The notes below the pieces were generated by a model. The model did not search any database. It was not told where the DNA came from and saw only the letters and a list, made by a program, of their open reading frames with translations. From assembly GCA_965223415.1 (NCBI GenBank), contig OZ245002.1:1152001-1216000 (forward strand): DNA of 64,000 nt, read 5' to 3'. Shown here piece by piece: positions 22,201-27,768 of this stretch (position 1 is its first letter; every line of letters starts with the position of its first letter). This DNA comes from Myxococcota bacterium. GTDB taxonomy: Bacteria > Myxococcota_A > UBA9160 > UBA6930. Both the position numbers and the translations under genes were made by a program.

Positions 22201-23988
22201 GCCTCCGTCACCCTGACGGTCACGCCCCAGAACGACAGCCCGATCCTCGGCAACAACGCCCTCACGATCTCCGAGGGTGGCGCGGTCATCCTCTCCAGCA
22301 CGGATCTCTCGGCCACCGACGCCGAGACCGGCGCTGGCCTCCTTCAGTTCACCGTCTCCGGCGTGACCGGCGGCCGGTTCGAGCTGGTCGGCAGCCCGGG
22401 CGTCCCGATCACCTCCTTCACCCAGGCCCAGGTCGCCGCCGGCCAGGTCCAGTTCGTCCATGACGGCGGCGAGGCGGCACCGGCCTATTCCGTCACGGTC
22501 TCGGACAGCGCCCTTATCGACGGCCCGCTCGCCGCGACCATCACTTTCACGAATGTTAACGACGTCCCCACCATCATCGACCAGCCCATGAGCGTGGACG
22601 AGAACACGCCCGCCGGGGCGCTGGTGGGCGCGGTGGCGGCCGGCGACGCGGACGCGGGCGACGCTCTCGTCTTCTCCATCACCGGCGGCAACACCGGTGG
22701 TGCGTTCGCGATCGATCCCGCCAACGGCGACCTCTTCGTCGCGGATCCCGCGCCGATCGATTTCGAGGTCAACCCGACGATCGCCCTGACGGTAACGGTC
22801 GAGGACCTGGCGGGTGCCACGGACTCGGCGACGGTCACAGTGAGCGTCCTGAACCTGAACGAGCCGCTCTCGATCACGGGACCGGGCGGCCTGAGCCTCG
22901 CACCCGGAGCCAGCCTGGTCTTCTCCACCACCGGGGGCACGTCGATCGCGATCAGCGATCCCGACGGACCGACGGCGCCGTTGGAGCTCACCCTCTCCGC
23001 GACGGGCGGCACGATGACGCTGCCGACCACCGCCGGGCTGGCGATGCTGGCGGGGACCGGTGCGGGCGACGCGACGATGACCTTCCGGGGCACGGTGGCG
23101 GCGGTGCAGACGGCACTCGAAGGCCTGGCCTTCGACTCCGACGGCAGCGCGAGCGCGGGCGTTGCCCTCGCGGCCACCGATCTCGGCCCGGGCGGCACGG
23201 CGGCCAGCGCCAACTTCGGCATCGCGGTCCAGACCGTCACGACGCCGACGCCCACGACCCCGCCGCCGGTCGATCCACCGGTGGACCCGCCGATCTCGCT
23301 CCCGCCCACCGAGATCACCGACCCGGCCGACCCCGAGGCACCGACCACGCGGAGCGGTCCGGAGAGCAGCGCCCCGGAGCCCGCTTCGCCGGCCCCGGAG
23401 CCCGTCGCCACCCCGACCAGCCTGGGACCGGCCCCTGGCTTCTCGGTTCCGAACAGGTACCAGATCGAACACGTGGAGTTCCGGCAGATCGAAGCGAACG
23501 ACGCGGAGGCGGCCCTGGTGGAAGGCACACCGCTGACACCCAGGGAGGATCTCTCGCCGCGGGAACACCGCGCCGGTGAGGTGCCGTTCGACCTCGGCCT
23601 GCTCCGCGCGAGCTTTGTCCATCCCGACTTCCTGGCCTCCCTCGATCGCATGCGCCAGGACGTGCTGGAGTCCGATCGCGAGACGTCCGGCGAACGGGAC
23701 TGGTTCGTCCCGGCGATCGAGAGCATCGCCATGGTCGCGACCACGGGCCTGCTCGCCGGCGTGCTGCGGGCCAGCTCGCTGCTGGCGGCGGCGATCTCCG
23801 CGGTGCCGCTCTGGAAGCAGGCCGACCCGCTGATGATCCTCTCGCTCTCGAAGGACGAGCGGCGGGACCTCGAGGCGAGCCTTCGCCACGAGCAGGGCCG
23901 TGAACGCGCCCTGGACGCAGTCCTCGACCGCCGGCCCCGTGCCGACGAGGCCGGGGAAGCGGAAGACGAGGAGACCCCGGAGGAGTAG
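10240..23988 (+). CDS. Giant repetitive surface protein/adhesin (LEPRxLL leader, DUF4347, DNRLRE-like, LamG-like, PKD, beta-propellers, cadherin/Ig-like repeats, Pro-rich linker, hydrophobic C-terminal motif)
   Basis: Single 13.7-kb ORF. Likely start TTG 10240 after AAGGAG (alternative ATG 10156). ALEALEPRVLLS; ELVFVDTGVEDYQRL...IHVVSHG...LLFYGCDLA...GGDWTLE (DUF4347); FGPDGHLYV repeats; LDYET cadherin. Confidence 0.92.
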   Translation: MARRRRRQRKKAERKKVLQQPGQPALEALEPRVLLSTFTVAPEADSLEEAMSAADPATGAIEFTLNADPAAAVDEVAVESRSELVFVDTGVEDYQRLVDDLRAASPDGRTVEVFLLDTERDGVEQISEILSDHQGVDAIHVVSHGTDGAVQLGDTWLSGDTLARYETDLMGWAEALSAEADLLFYGCDLAAGASGNALVQSIAKLTGADVAASEDLTGAKALGGDWTLEVATGDVETSLAFSETLQRSWSATLETATFQQGVGGYTGTLDTEIDSANPGTTLGSSVTLEADTVNSSGGVSQGLLQFGDLFGTGPGRIPLGSTITSATLELNVTDATGASANVALHRMLTPWDESSTWNSLSGGVQFDDVEAMIAADGQVATPAATGPITVSGLESALQSWSDGAGNHGWVIDITSSNAWVVSTSEDATASLRPKLTVEYVAPNSVAVASDDSLNTTEGIPVVFDPTSNDTDADSEAVSIVEFTQPANGTVVDNGDGTLTYTPDGGFSGADTFDYLAIDAGSGLQHHWGLAGNATDSIGGADGSRIGTTTVPGNLGSGLSFDEIDDHVLLPDISYASEFTVSFDFKVDENNGSLVQYLYSHGDVNSTNSLNVFLLEGAHTTDPNMLRTVIRDGNDTLDNSALQVDIASLVGDSQWHTYTLTVGAAGAEVFIDGVLSNSASYGSDGLDPAGDVHLGARHDLDPDRFFGGSLDSVQLYSRALSSTEVSDLASRANRATAVVTVAAEPTPTVSASGSSTITAGAVYTLNLSSANLGTISGWTINWGDGTIDAVAGDPGSVDHVYTQAGMTHEITVSATDENGTFTSSRLLTASDHNSTVYLLDGSTGDIAQKLPTSPELARSTGATIGPDGNFYVASLDTDSIVRFDGSTGAFLGTFVSAGSGGLDQPMGLDFGADGNLYVASYVTHEVLRYDAATGAFIDAFVPSTAGVNGPTSVEFGPDGHLYVASWSSGMVHRFDGSTGAFIDDFADTGGAGATDVAFGPDGHLYVSSALQNRVFEFDGVNGASLDSFAVSSAYSLEFGPDGHLYVSRWGYDLIEEYDPDSNTLLGTFADAADGIDGPWGIDFTPNQQVTVLANPAPTAVNDLAAVNEGGSVIIDVAGNDSDPNNALDLSSIAVTSGPANGSLVDNGDGTLTYTHDGSETVGDSFSYTVDDVLGASSNVASVTLTVTPQNDSPSVVGLHNDELNYTEGSGTVILEQGGDVLVSDVDSADFAGGSLNVEVDSGLVATEDVFAIRNQGSGAGQIGIVGSDVTYGGVVIGSFVGGTGVTPLTVSFNSNATATAVTHLVRNITYENLDLEDPTEGARSVTVDITDGDGGTSGTQNLTVNVTAVNDQAIADLDGADGAGRDFSATFTEGTGPVGVTDADATVSDVDDSDFAGLGINLSDFLDGTSEKITIAGYTFAFGVPEVVIRTIGSTDFEIDFDGSGFTISRDISGNMPQADLQTLVRGITYENTSSDPTTGDRSFDIIPQDGGGLNGLSSTATISVVATNTAPTALDDAASVDEGASVVIDLSGNDSDPDNALDLGSIVITSGPANGTLVDNGDGTLTYTHDGSETMGDGFSYTIQDASGATSNVASVTLTVTPVNEAPTDVVFDSESTAERSLNTYGTGDQMDPAIAALPDGGFVAVWVSQGQDGDGYGIYGRRFDAASVAVGSEFLVTSEISDHETNPSVTAFADGGFAVAWQDQASGVNAWTEARVFAADGTPASGEFRLSPGLDGDHEGYQPAVVALNADEFVAVWANEVGGSTYEVVGRIYDRAGNAVSGQFSVGSLASGSGLFGAQTEVARLDDGGFAVVWRTHDGANLGTRVRVMNADGTPRSAELVLAGDDIGDVAALSSGGFVVTYDASGDLHASIFDASGVSVAGPVKVNTTSSAARYESSVARSDDGFVVAWESSAGDGSGSSVLAQRFDANGTRIDAEILVNETTTGNQVKPELVETSSGQVVAVWQSENVDADLSGIASRVVATGSASVAENAIAGARVADALGVADPDADDTHTFSLIDDAGGRFAIDSVTGEITVADGSLLDYETATSHTVTVRATDAGGLSYDEALVISLLDVDEAPSAVADAATVGEGASVTIDLAANDADPEGALDLTSIQIISGPANGTLVDNGDGTLTYTHDGSETVGDSFSYTIDDVSGAASNVASVTLTVTPQNDAPTAANDAATVDEGSSVVINLTGNDSDPDNALDLSSITITSGPANGTLVDHGDGTFTYTHDGSETVGDSFSYTIDDVSGAASNVASVTLTVTPQNDAPTATNDAATVDEGSSVVINLTGNDSDPDNALDLSSITITSGPANGTLVDHGDGTLTYTHDGSETVGDSFSYTIDDVSGATSNVASVTLTVTPQNDAPTATNDAATVDEGSSVVINLAGNDSDPDNALDLSSITITSGPANGTLVDNGDGTLTYTHDGSETVGDSFSYSIDDVSGATSNVASVTLTVTPQNDAPTATNDAATVDEGSSVVINLAGNDSDPDNALDLSSITITSGPANGTLVDNGDGTLTYTHDGSETVGDSFSYSIDDVSGATSNVASVTLTVTPQNDAPTAANDAATVDEGSSVVINLAGNDSDPDNALDLSSITITSGPTNGTLVDHGDGTFTYTHDGSETVGDSFSYSIDDVSGATSNVASVTLTVTPQNDAPTAANDAATVDEGSSVVINLTGNDSDPDNALDLSSITITSGPANGTLVDNGDGTFTYTHDGSETVGDSFSYTIDDVSGAASNVASVTLTVTPQNDAPTAANDAATVDEGSSVVINLTGNDSDPDNALDLSSITITSGPANGTLVDHGDGTFTYTHDGSETVGDSFSYTIDDVSGATSNVASVTLTVTPQNDAPTAANDAATVDEGSSVVINLTGNDSDPDNALDLSSITITSGPANGTLVDHGDGTFTYTHDGSETVGDSFSYTIDDVSGATSNVASVTLTVTPQNDAPTAANDAATVDEGSSVVINLAGNDSDPDNALDLSSITITSGPANGTLVDHGDGTLTYTHDGSETVGDSFSYTIDDVSGATSNVASVTLTVTPQNDAPTAANDAATVDEGSSVVINLAGNDSDPDNALDLSSITITSGPANGTLVDHGDGTFTYTHDGSETVGDSFSYTIDDVSGATSNVASVTLTVTPQNDAPTAANDAATVDEGSSVVINLAGNDSDPDNALDLSSITITSGPANGTLVDNGDGTLTYTHDGSETVGDSFTYTIDDVSGATSNVASVTLTVTPQNDAPTAANDAATVDEGSSVVINLAGNDSDPDNALDLSSITITSGPANGTLVDHGDGTFTYTHDGSETVGDSFSYTIDDVSGATSNVASVTLTVTPQNDAPTAANDAATVDEGSSVVINLAGNDSDPDNALDLSSITITSGPANGTLVDNGDGTLTYTHDGSETVGDSFTYTIDDVSGATSNVASVTLTVTPQNDAPTAANDAATVDEGSSVVINLAGNDSDPDNALDLSSITITSGPANGTLVDHGDGTFTYTHDGSETVGDSFSYTIDDVSGATSNVASVTLTVTPQNDAPTAANDAATVDEGSSVVINLAGNDSDPDNALDLSSITITSGPANGTLVDHGDGTLTYTHDGSETVGDSFSYTIDDVSGATSNVASVTLTVTPQNDAPTAANDAATVDEGSSVVINLAGNDSDPDNALDLSSITITSGPANGTLVDHGDGTFTYTHDGSETVGDSFSYTIDDVSGATSNVASVTLTVTPQNDAPTAANDAATVDEGSSVVINLAGNDSDPDNALDLSSITITSGPANGTLVDNGDGTLTYTHDGSETVGDSFTYTIDDVSGATSNVASVTLTVTPQNDAPTAANDAATVDEGSSVVINLAGNDSDPDNALDLSSITITSGPANGTLVDHGDGTFTYTHDGSETVGDSFSYTIDDVSGATSNVASVTLTVTPQNDAPTAANDAATVDEGSSVVINLAGNDSDPDNALDLSSITITSGPANGTLVDHGDGTLTYTHDGSETVGDSFSYTIDDVSGATSNVASVTLTVTPQNDSPILGNNALTISEGGAVILSSTDLSATDAETGAGLLQFTVSGVTGGRFELVGSPGVPITSFTQAQVAAGQVQFVHDGGEAAPAYSVTVSDSALIDGPLAATITFTNVNDVPTIIDQPMSVDENTPAGALVGAVAAGDADAGDALVFSITGGNTGGAFAIDPANGDLFVADPAPIDFEVNPTIALTVTVEDLAGATDSATVTVSVLNLNEPLSITGPGGLSLAPGASLVFSTTGGTSIAISDPDGPTAPLELTLSATGGTMTLPTTAGLAMLAGTGAGDATMTFRGTVAAVQTALEGLAFDSDGSASAGVALAATDLGPGGTAASANFGIAVQTVTTPTPTTPPPVDPPVDPPISLPPTEITDPADPEAPTTRSGPESSAPEPASPAPEPVATPTSLGPAPGFSVPNRYQIEHVEFRQIEANDAEAALVEGTPLTPREDLSPREHRAGEVPFDLGLLRASFVHPDFLASLDRMRQDVLESDRETSGERDWFVPAIESIAMVATTGLLAGVLRASSLLAAAISAVPLWKQADPLMILSLSKDERRDLEASLRHEQGRERALDAVLDRRPRADEAGEAEDEETPEE
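16468..22236 (+). repeat. Tandem array of 20 x 288-bp (96-aa) Ig/cadherin-like units
   Basis: QND codons recur every 288 bp from 16756 to 22228 (19 near-identical units), plus a more diverged first unit. Dispersed copies lie near 13520-13805 and 14760-15050. Confidence 0.97.
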
Positions 23989-24000
23989 CCGTCGCGGCCC

Positions 24001-24156
24001 CTAGCCCTCCGCGGCGTCGGCTCCGAACCCCACCGTGCAGCGCAGGCCCGCCGGGAGTTCCCGGTCCGGATTGGCGAGGCGCAGCTGCACGCGAAAGGTG
24101 CCGCTGGCGCGGTCGATGATGCGGTCGACGATGGTCACCCGGGCGGTGCGCGGCTC
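24001..24156 (-). pseudogene. C-terminal remnant of a HlyD/MFP paralogue
   Basis: EPRTARVTIVDRIIDRASGTFRVQLRLANPDRELPAGLRCTVGFG* aligns with the end of the 1534-2535 protein; an in-frame stop lies just upstream. Confidence 0.8.
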
Positions 24157-24204
24157 ATTGGGCCTGGCTCGCCTTCACGTCCACGTCGCGCTGGGGGCGC
24201 AGGC

Positions 24205-24578
24205 CTGCTCGACCTGATGATGCCGCACATCGTCGGCCTCGAGATCCTCCAGGCGTGCGAGCCGACGAGGCGCTCCAGCAGGTGCCCGTCATCATCCTCA
24301 CCTCTCCACCGAACCCGAGCTGTAGCTCCAGGCCCTCGAGCTCGGCGCCAACGACTTCCTCGCCGAGCCGGTGGACCGGAGTGAGCTGGCGCTCCGGGTG
24401 CGCAACACCCTCGCCGCGCAGAGTTGGTGAACGGTACCGATTCGGCTCCGGGCGCCGCCCGGGTGGCCCGCCGGCTGCTCCCCCTGGTCGCCGCGCCGAT
24501 CTCCCTCGCCGGCCAGGAGCTCTTCATCTCCTGCAGGATCGGAATCGCCCTGGCACCCAACGTTTCCGGAAGCAGTAG
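24205..24578 (+). pseudogene. Degraded response regulator / GGDEF remnant
   Basis: LLDLMMPHIVGLEILQ, frameshift, VRADEALQQVPVIILTS, frameshift and stop, LQALELGANDFLAEPVDRSELALRVRNTL; then GGDEF-tail-like ARVARRLL...ELFISCRIGIALAP. Confidence 0.75.
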
Positions 24579-24606
24579 GCCCGGGGCTCGATCGGAGCGA
24601 GCCGGC

Positions 24607-25743
24607 CTAGCCCCCGCTCGCCAGCCCGGGCAGCTCGATCGCGAAGCACGCGCCCCCGAGCTCGGACTTCTCGAGGCGGATGCGGCCGTGGTGCTGGTCG
24701 ATCACGAGCTTGACGATGGCGAGGCCGAGGCCGTTGCCGTTGGCCTTGCCCGCGGTGTAGAAGGGCTCGAAGATGCGCTCCCGGATCGCCGCGGCGATCC
24801 CCGGGCCCGAGTCGGCGAGGCGAAGGTGGAGGGTGGCGTCGGCGTCCTGCTGGCAGGAGAGATCGATGCGTCCGCCGTCGGGCATCGCCTCGATGGCGTT
24901 CTGCACGAGATTGCGCAGGGCGCGGGTGAGGCGATCGGTGTTTCCGCGGAAGGAGGCGCCGGTCGGAGCGGGGAGGTCCAGCTGGACGCCGCTGCGGGAG
25001 GCCAGCTCGAGGTAGGGAGCCACCGCGGCCTGCACCAGCTCGTCCAGGTCCACCTCGGCGAGCTCCCCCTCCTGGCCGGACACCCGGGAGATCTCGAGGA
25101 GCTCTTCGCACATCCCGTTCAGGTGCCGCGCTTCCTGGAGGATGCTCTCGCGAAGGGCGGCGACGTCGTCGGGTGGTGCCTGGGCCAGGCCTTCGATGAC
25201 CGAGAGCGGGCCGCGAATGTCGTGGACGACGGTGGCGATGGCCTTGCCGATCGCCGCGAGGCAGCGGGCCTGCTCGAGCTGCTCCTGGGAGACCTGGAGC
25301 TCGTCGCGGACGGTCTCGAGCTCGTGGTTCTGTTCGACGGTCACGGACACGAGCCGCCGGTTCTCTCGGGCCAGGTTGACCCGATCCAGCACGCCGCGCA
25401 CCGAGGCCTCGAGGTCCGGCGGCGCGCAGGGCTTGTGGAGATAGGCATGGACGCGGCCGTGGTTGATGGCGTCCACGGTGGCGTCCATGTCGGAGTAGCC
25501 GGTCAACAGGATGCGGCCGACGTTCTCGTCCTGGCAGGCGATCTTGCCCAGCAGCTCGACCCCGGACATGCCGGGCATGCGCTGGTCGGAAACCACCAGC
25601 TCGAAGGCCGCCGGCGCGAACCTCTGCCAGGCCTCGTCGCCGCTGGCCGCGGTCTCGATCCGGCCGATGCGGCGGAGAGAACGCACCAGCAACTCGACGG
25701 CCCGGGGCTCGTCGTCGACGACCAGGATGCGGGGCTTGTCCAC
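24607..25743 (-). CDS. Hybrid response regulator-histidine kinase (REC-HisKA-HATPase)
   Basis: ILVVDDE, SDQRMPGMSG, VHDIRGPL, NLVQNAIEAM, DSGPGI, GNGLGL. Confidence 0.92.
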   Translation of the reverse strand: MDKPRILVVDDEPRAVELLVRSLRRIGRIETAASGDEAWQRFAPAAFELVVSDQRMPGMSGVELLGKIACQDENVGRILLTGYSDMDATVDAINHGRVHAYLHKPCAPPDLEASVRGVLDRVNLARENRRLVSVTVEQNHELETVRDELQVSQEQLEQARCLAAIGKAIATVVHDIRGPLSVIEGLAQAPPDDVAALRESILQEARHLNGMCEELLEISRVSGQEGELAEVDLDELVQAAVAPYLELASRSGVQLDLPAPTGASFRGNTDRLTRALRNLVQNAIEAMPDGGRIDLSCQQDADATLHLRLADSGPGIAAAIRERIFEPFYTAGKANGNGLGLAIVKLVIDQHHGRIRLEKSELGGACFAIELPGLASGG

Positions 25744-25750
25744 GATCCGT

Positions 25751-25778
25751 CCATCGGCCGACCCGAGAGGCGACCTGA
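25751..25778 (-). promoter_or_regulatory. sigma28-like promoter
   Basis: TCAG-N16-GCCGATGG, 7 nt before GTG 25743. Confidence 0.55.
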
Positions 25779-25814
25779 GACCGGGGAGCTCCGCGACGGC
25801 TCACCTTGTACCTC

Positions 25815-26000
25815 TGAGCAGGCTCTTCGGGCCTGAGTGAGACTCCGAGATGGGTTCCCGGGAAAGGCCGTCGCTGCCTGAAGCCAGAGAGCTTGTCCGT
25901 TAGATGGGCCTCCCGCCCTCGTCACCCATGCCGTGGAGTATCCGAGGCCCGAGAGCCTGCGTCTACAAGGTCCGTAGGTGAATGTGCAGGGTCGGGAGAC
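25815..26000 (+). ncRNA. Bridge RNA in the IS110 left non-coding end (boundaries approximate)
   Basis: 5' hairpin, then two internal-loop stems. GGAGTATC (25935-42) and TACAAG (25964-69) match the donor; CCGTTAG (25897-903) is the reverse complement of the right target flank. Confidence 0.85.
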
Positions 26001-26033
26001 CCGGGTCCCAGCTTATCACGGGGAGGAGAGACC

Positions 26034-27029
26034 TTGAAGAAGTGTCATTACGTGGGCGTGGACGTCGGGGCGAAGGAGCTCGTCGTCGCCATCGACCGGA
26101 ACGGAACTCGCGAGGGCGGGCTGGTCTTTGCGAACGATCCCAAGGGCCACCAGAGGCTGATTCGGTGGGCCACGAAGGGGAATGCGACGGCGCGCGTCGT
26201 CCTGGAATCGACCGGGGTGTACGGCCTCGACCTCGCGTTCGCGCTTCACCGTGCGAAGGCGTCCCAGGTGATGGTGGCGAACCCGCGGGCCATTGCCGCG
26301 TTCGCCAAGGCATCGCTTCAACGCTCCAAGACGGATGCGCTCGATGCGGAAACGATTCTCGAGTTCGGAATGCGCATGGAGTTTTCCGCCTGGACTCCGC
26401 CGGACCCCCGAATTCTGGAGGTACGGGCCCTCTCCCGCCGCGTGGAGGCTCTGAGCAAGACCGTGACGCAGGAGAAGAACCGGCTCCATGCCAACGACCA
26501 GAGCGAGGAGCTCAGTGAGTTCGTGAAGCAAGACATCCGCGAACTGATCGAGCTCCTGGAGGGGCGAATCGATCGGCTGCGCAAGCAAGCGTTGAAGGTG
26601 ATCGAGCAGAGCCCCGAGCTCGCCAGAGACTTCGGCCACATCACATCGATCAAGGGTATCGCCGACGCAGCCGGCATCCAGTTGCTCGCCGAGCTAGGCA
26701 CCTTGCCCAAGGACATGACGACCCGGCAATGGGTCGCGCATGCGGGCCTCGACCCCCGACAGTTTCAATCGGGCACCTCTGTGCACAAGCCAGCTCGCAT
26801 CAGCAAGACCGGCAACGCCCACCTTCGCCGCGCACTCTTTCTTCCTGCGATGGTCGCTGCACGCTGGGAACCGAACGTGAAGGCCTTCTACGAGAAGCTG
26901 CTCTCCAAGGGCAAAACCAAGATGCAAGCACTCGTCGCCGTCATGCGGAAGCTGCTCCACGCCATCTACGGCATGCTCCGCCACGACCAGGACTTCCTTG
27001 GCGAGAAATTCTTCGCCACGAAGGGTTGA
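26034..27029 (+). CDS. IS110-family DEDD recombinase/transposase (~331 aa)
   Basis: VGVDVG, VLESTG, SKTDALDAE (DEDD); FQSGTS catalytic Ser; ISKTGNAHLRRAL; VAVMRKL. TTG start after GGAGG. Confidence 0.95.
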   Translation: MKKCHYVGVDVGAKELVVAIDRNGTREGGLVFANDPKGHQRLIRWATKGNATARVVLESTGVYGLDLAFALHRAKASQVMVANPRAIAAFAKASLQRSKTDALDAETILEFGMRMEFSAWTPPDPRILEVRALSRRVEALSKTVTQEKNRLHANDQSEELSEFVKQDIRELIELLEGRIDRLRKQALKVIEQSPELARDFGHITSIKGIADAAGIQLLAELGTLPKDMTTRQWVAHAGLDPRQFQSGTSVHKPARISKTGNAHLRRALFLPAMVAARWEPNVKAFYEKLLSKGKTKMQALVAVMRKLLHAIYGMLRHDQDFLGEKFFATKG

Positions 27030-27044
27030 CGACGAAGGGAGTAT

Positions 27045-27737
27045 CTAACGGGAGCCGTCGATCCAATCCCGGAGCCGCCGGGCGGCCCCCTCGCCGACGT
27101 CGTCGAAGACCACGTCGAGACCGCCGGAGCGGCCCCAGGTGGGCTCCACGACGCTCTCGACGTGCGCGGTGATCGGCAGCCGCTGGCGATTCACCACCAG
27201 CGTGAGCACGAGCTCCGTGCCTGCGGCGACGGGGCCCTCTGCCCGCAGGAAGGCCCCATCGGGTCGGAGCGACTCGATCTCCCAGGCCACGGTGGGTGCC
27301 ATGGGCTCCTCCGGGTCGACGAGCAGCGCGTGCCCGATCGGGGTGGTGACGCGTTGGGTGGACGGCACGGAGAAGCGCTCCGGGCTGTGGCGCTCCCACA
27401 CCTCGATCACGTCGCGCAGCGTGAGGGGCTTCGGCAGGTAGTCGAGGGCGCCGAGGCGATGGGCCAGGGTGGCACCGCCGGGCGTCGGCTTGGACGTGAC
27501 CAGGATCGACGGAAGCTCCGGGCGCTCGTCGCGCAACAGGTCGAAGCCGGTTCCGTCCGGGAGTACGACGTCGCTGATGAGCAGATCGACGTCGTCCCGC
27601 CTCTGGAGCTGCTCGGCGGCCTCGGCGCAGGTGCGAGCGGCGATCACCTCGTCGCAGCAGGTGTCGAGCATGCGGTGCAGGGCGTCGGAGAACACGGCCG
27701 AGTCGTCGACCAGCAGCACGGTTCCGAGCGAAGTCAT
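27045..27737 (-). CDS. Response regulator with a possible PilZ-like C-terminal domain
   Basis: VLLVDDS, SDVVLPDGTG, DYLPKP; C-terminal ESLRPDGAFL...GLDVVF beta-barrel pattern. Confidence 0.8.
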   Translation of the reverse strand: MTSLGTVLLVDDSAVFSDALHRMLDTCCDEVIAARTCAEAAEQLQRRDDVDLLISDVVLPDGTGFDLLRDERPELPSILVTSKPTPGGATLAHRLGALDYLPKPLTLRDVIEVWERHSPERFSVPSTQRVTTPIGHALLVDPEEPMAPTVAWEIESLRPDGAFLRAEGPVAAGTELVLTLVVNRQRLPITAHVESVVEPTWGRSGGLDVVFDDVGEGAARRLRDWIDGSR

Positions 27738-27768
27738 CGGGGGGAGGACCTTTCTCTTCCCGCGTCCG

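Larger units (their letters stand above)
25805..27046 (+). mobile_element. IS110-family (IS621-like) insertion sequence, 1242 bp including both CT cores
   Basis: Left end CT-TGTAC (25805) and right end GGAGTAT-CT (27046) reconstitute the donor junction GGAGTATCTTGTAC; no terminal inverted repeats; lower GC than the flanks. Confidence 0.9.

Noticed and set aside
16468..22236. Repeat array as a CRISPR
   Set aside because: Units are contiguous, in frame and 288 bp long, with no unique spacers and no cas genes.
15532..23889. 2785-aa minus-strand ORF and the series of 81/82-aa ORFs
   Set aside because: Antisense or alternate-frame shadows of the repetitive, codon-biased giant gene; their periodicity simply mirrors the 288-bp unit.
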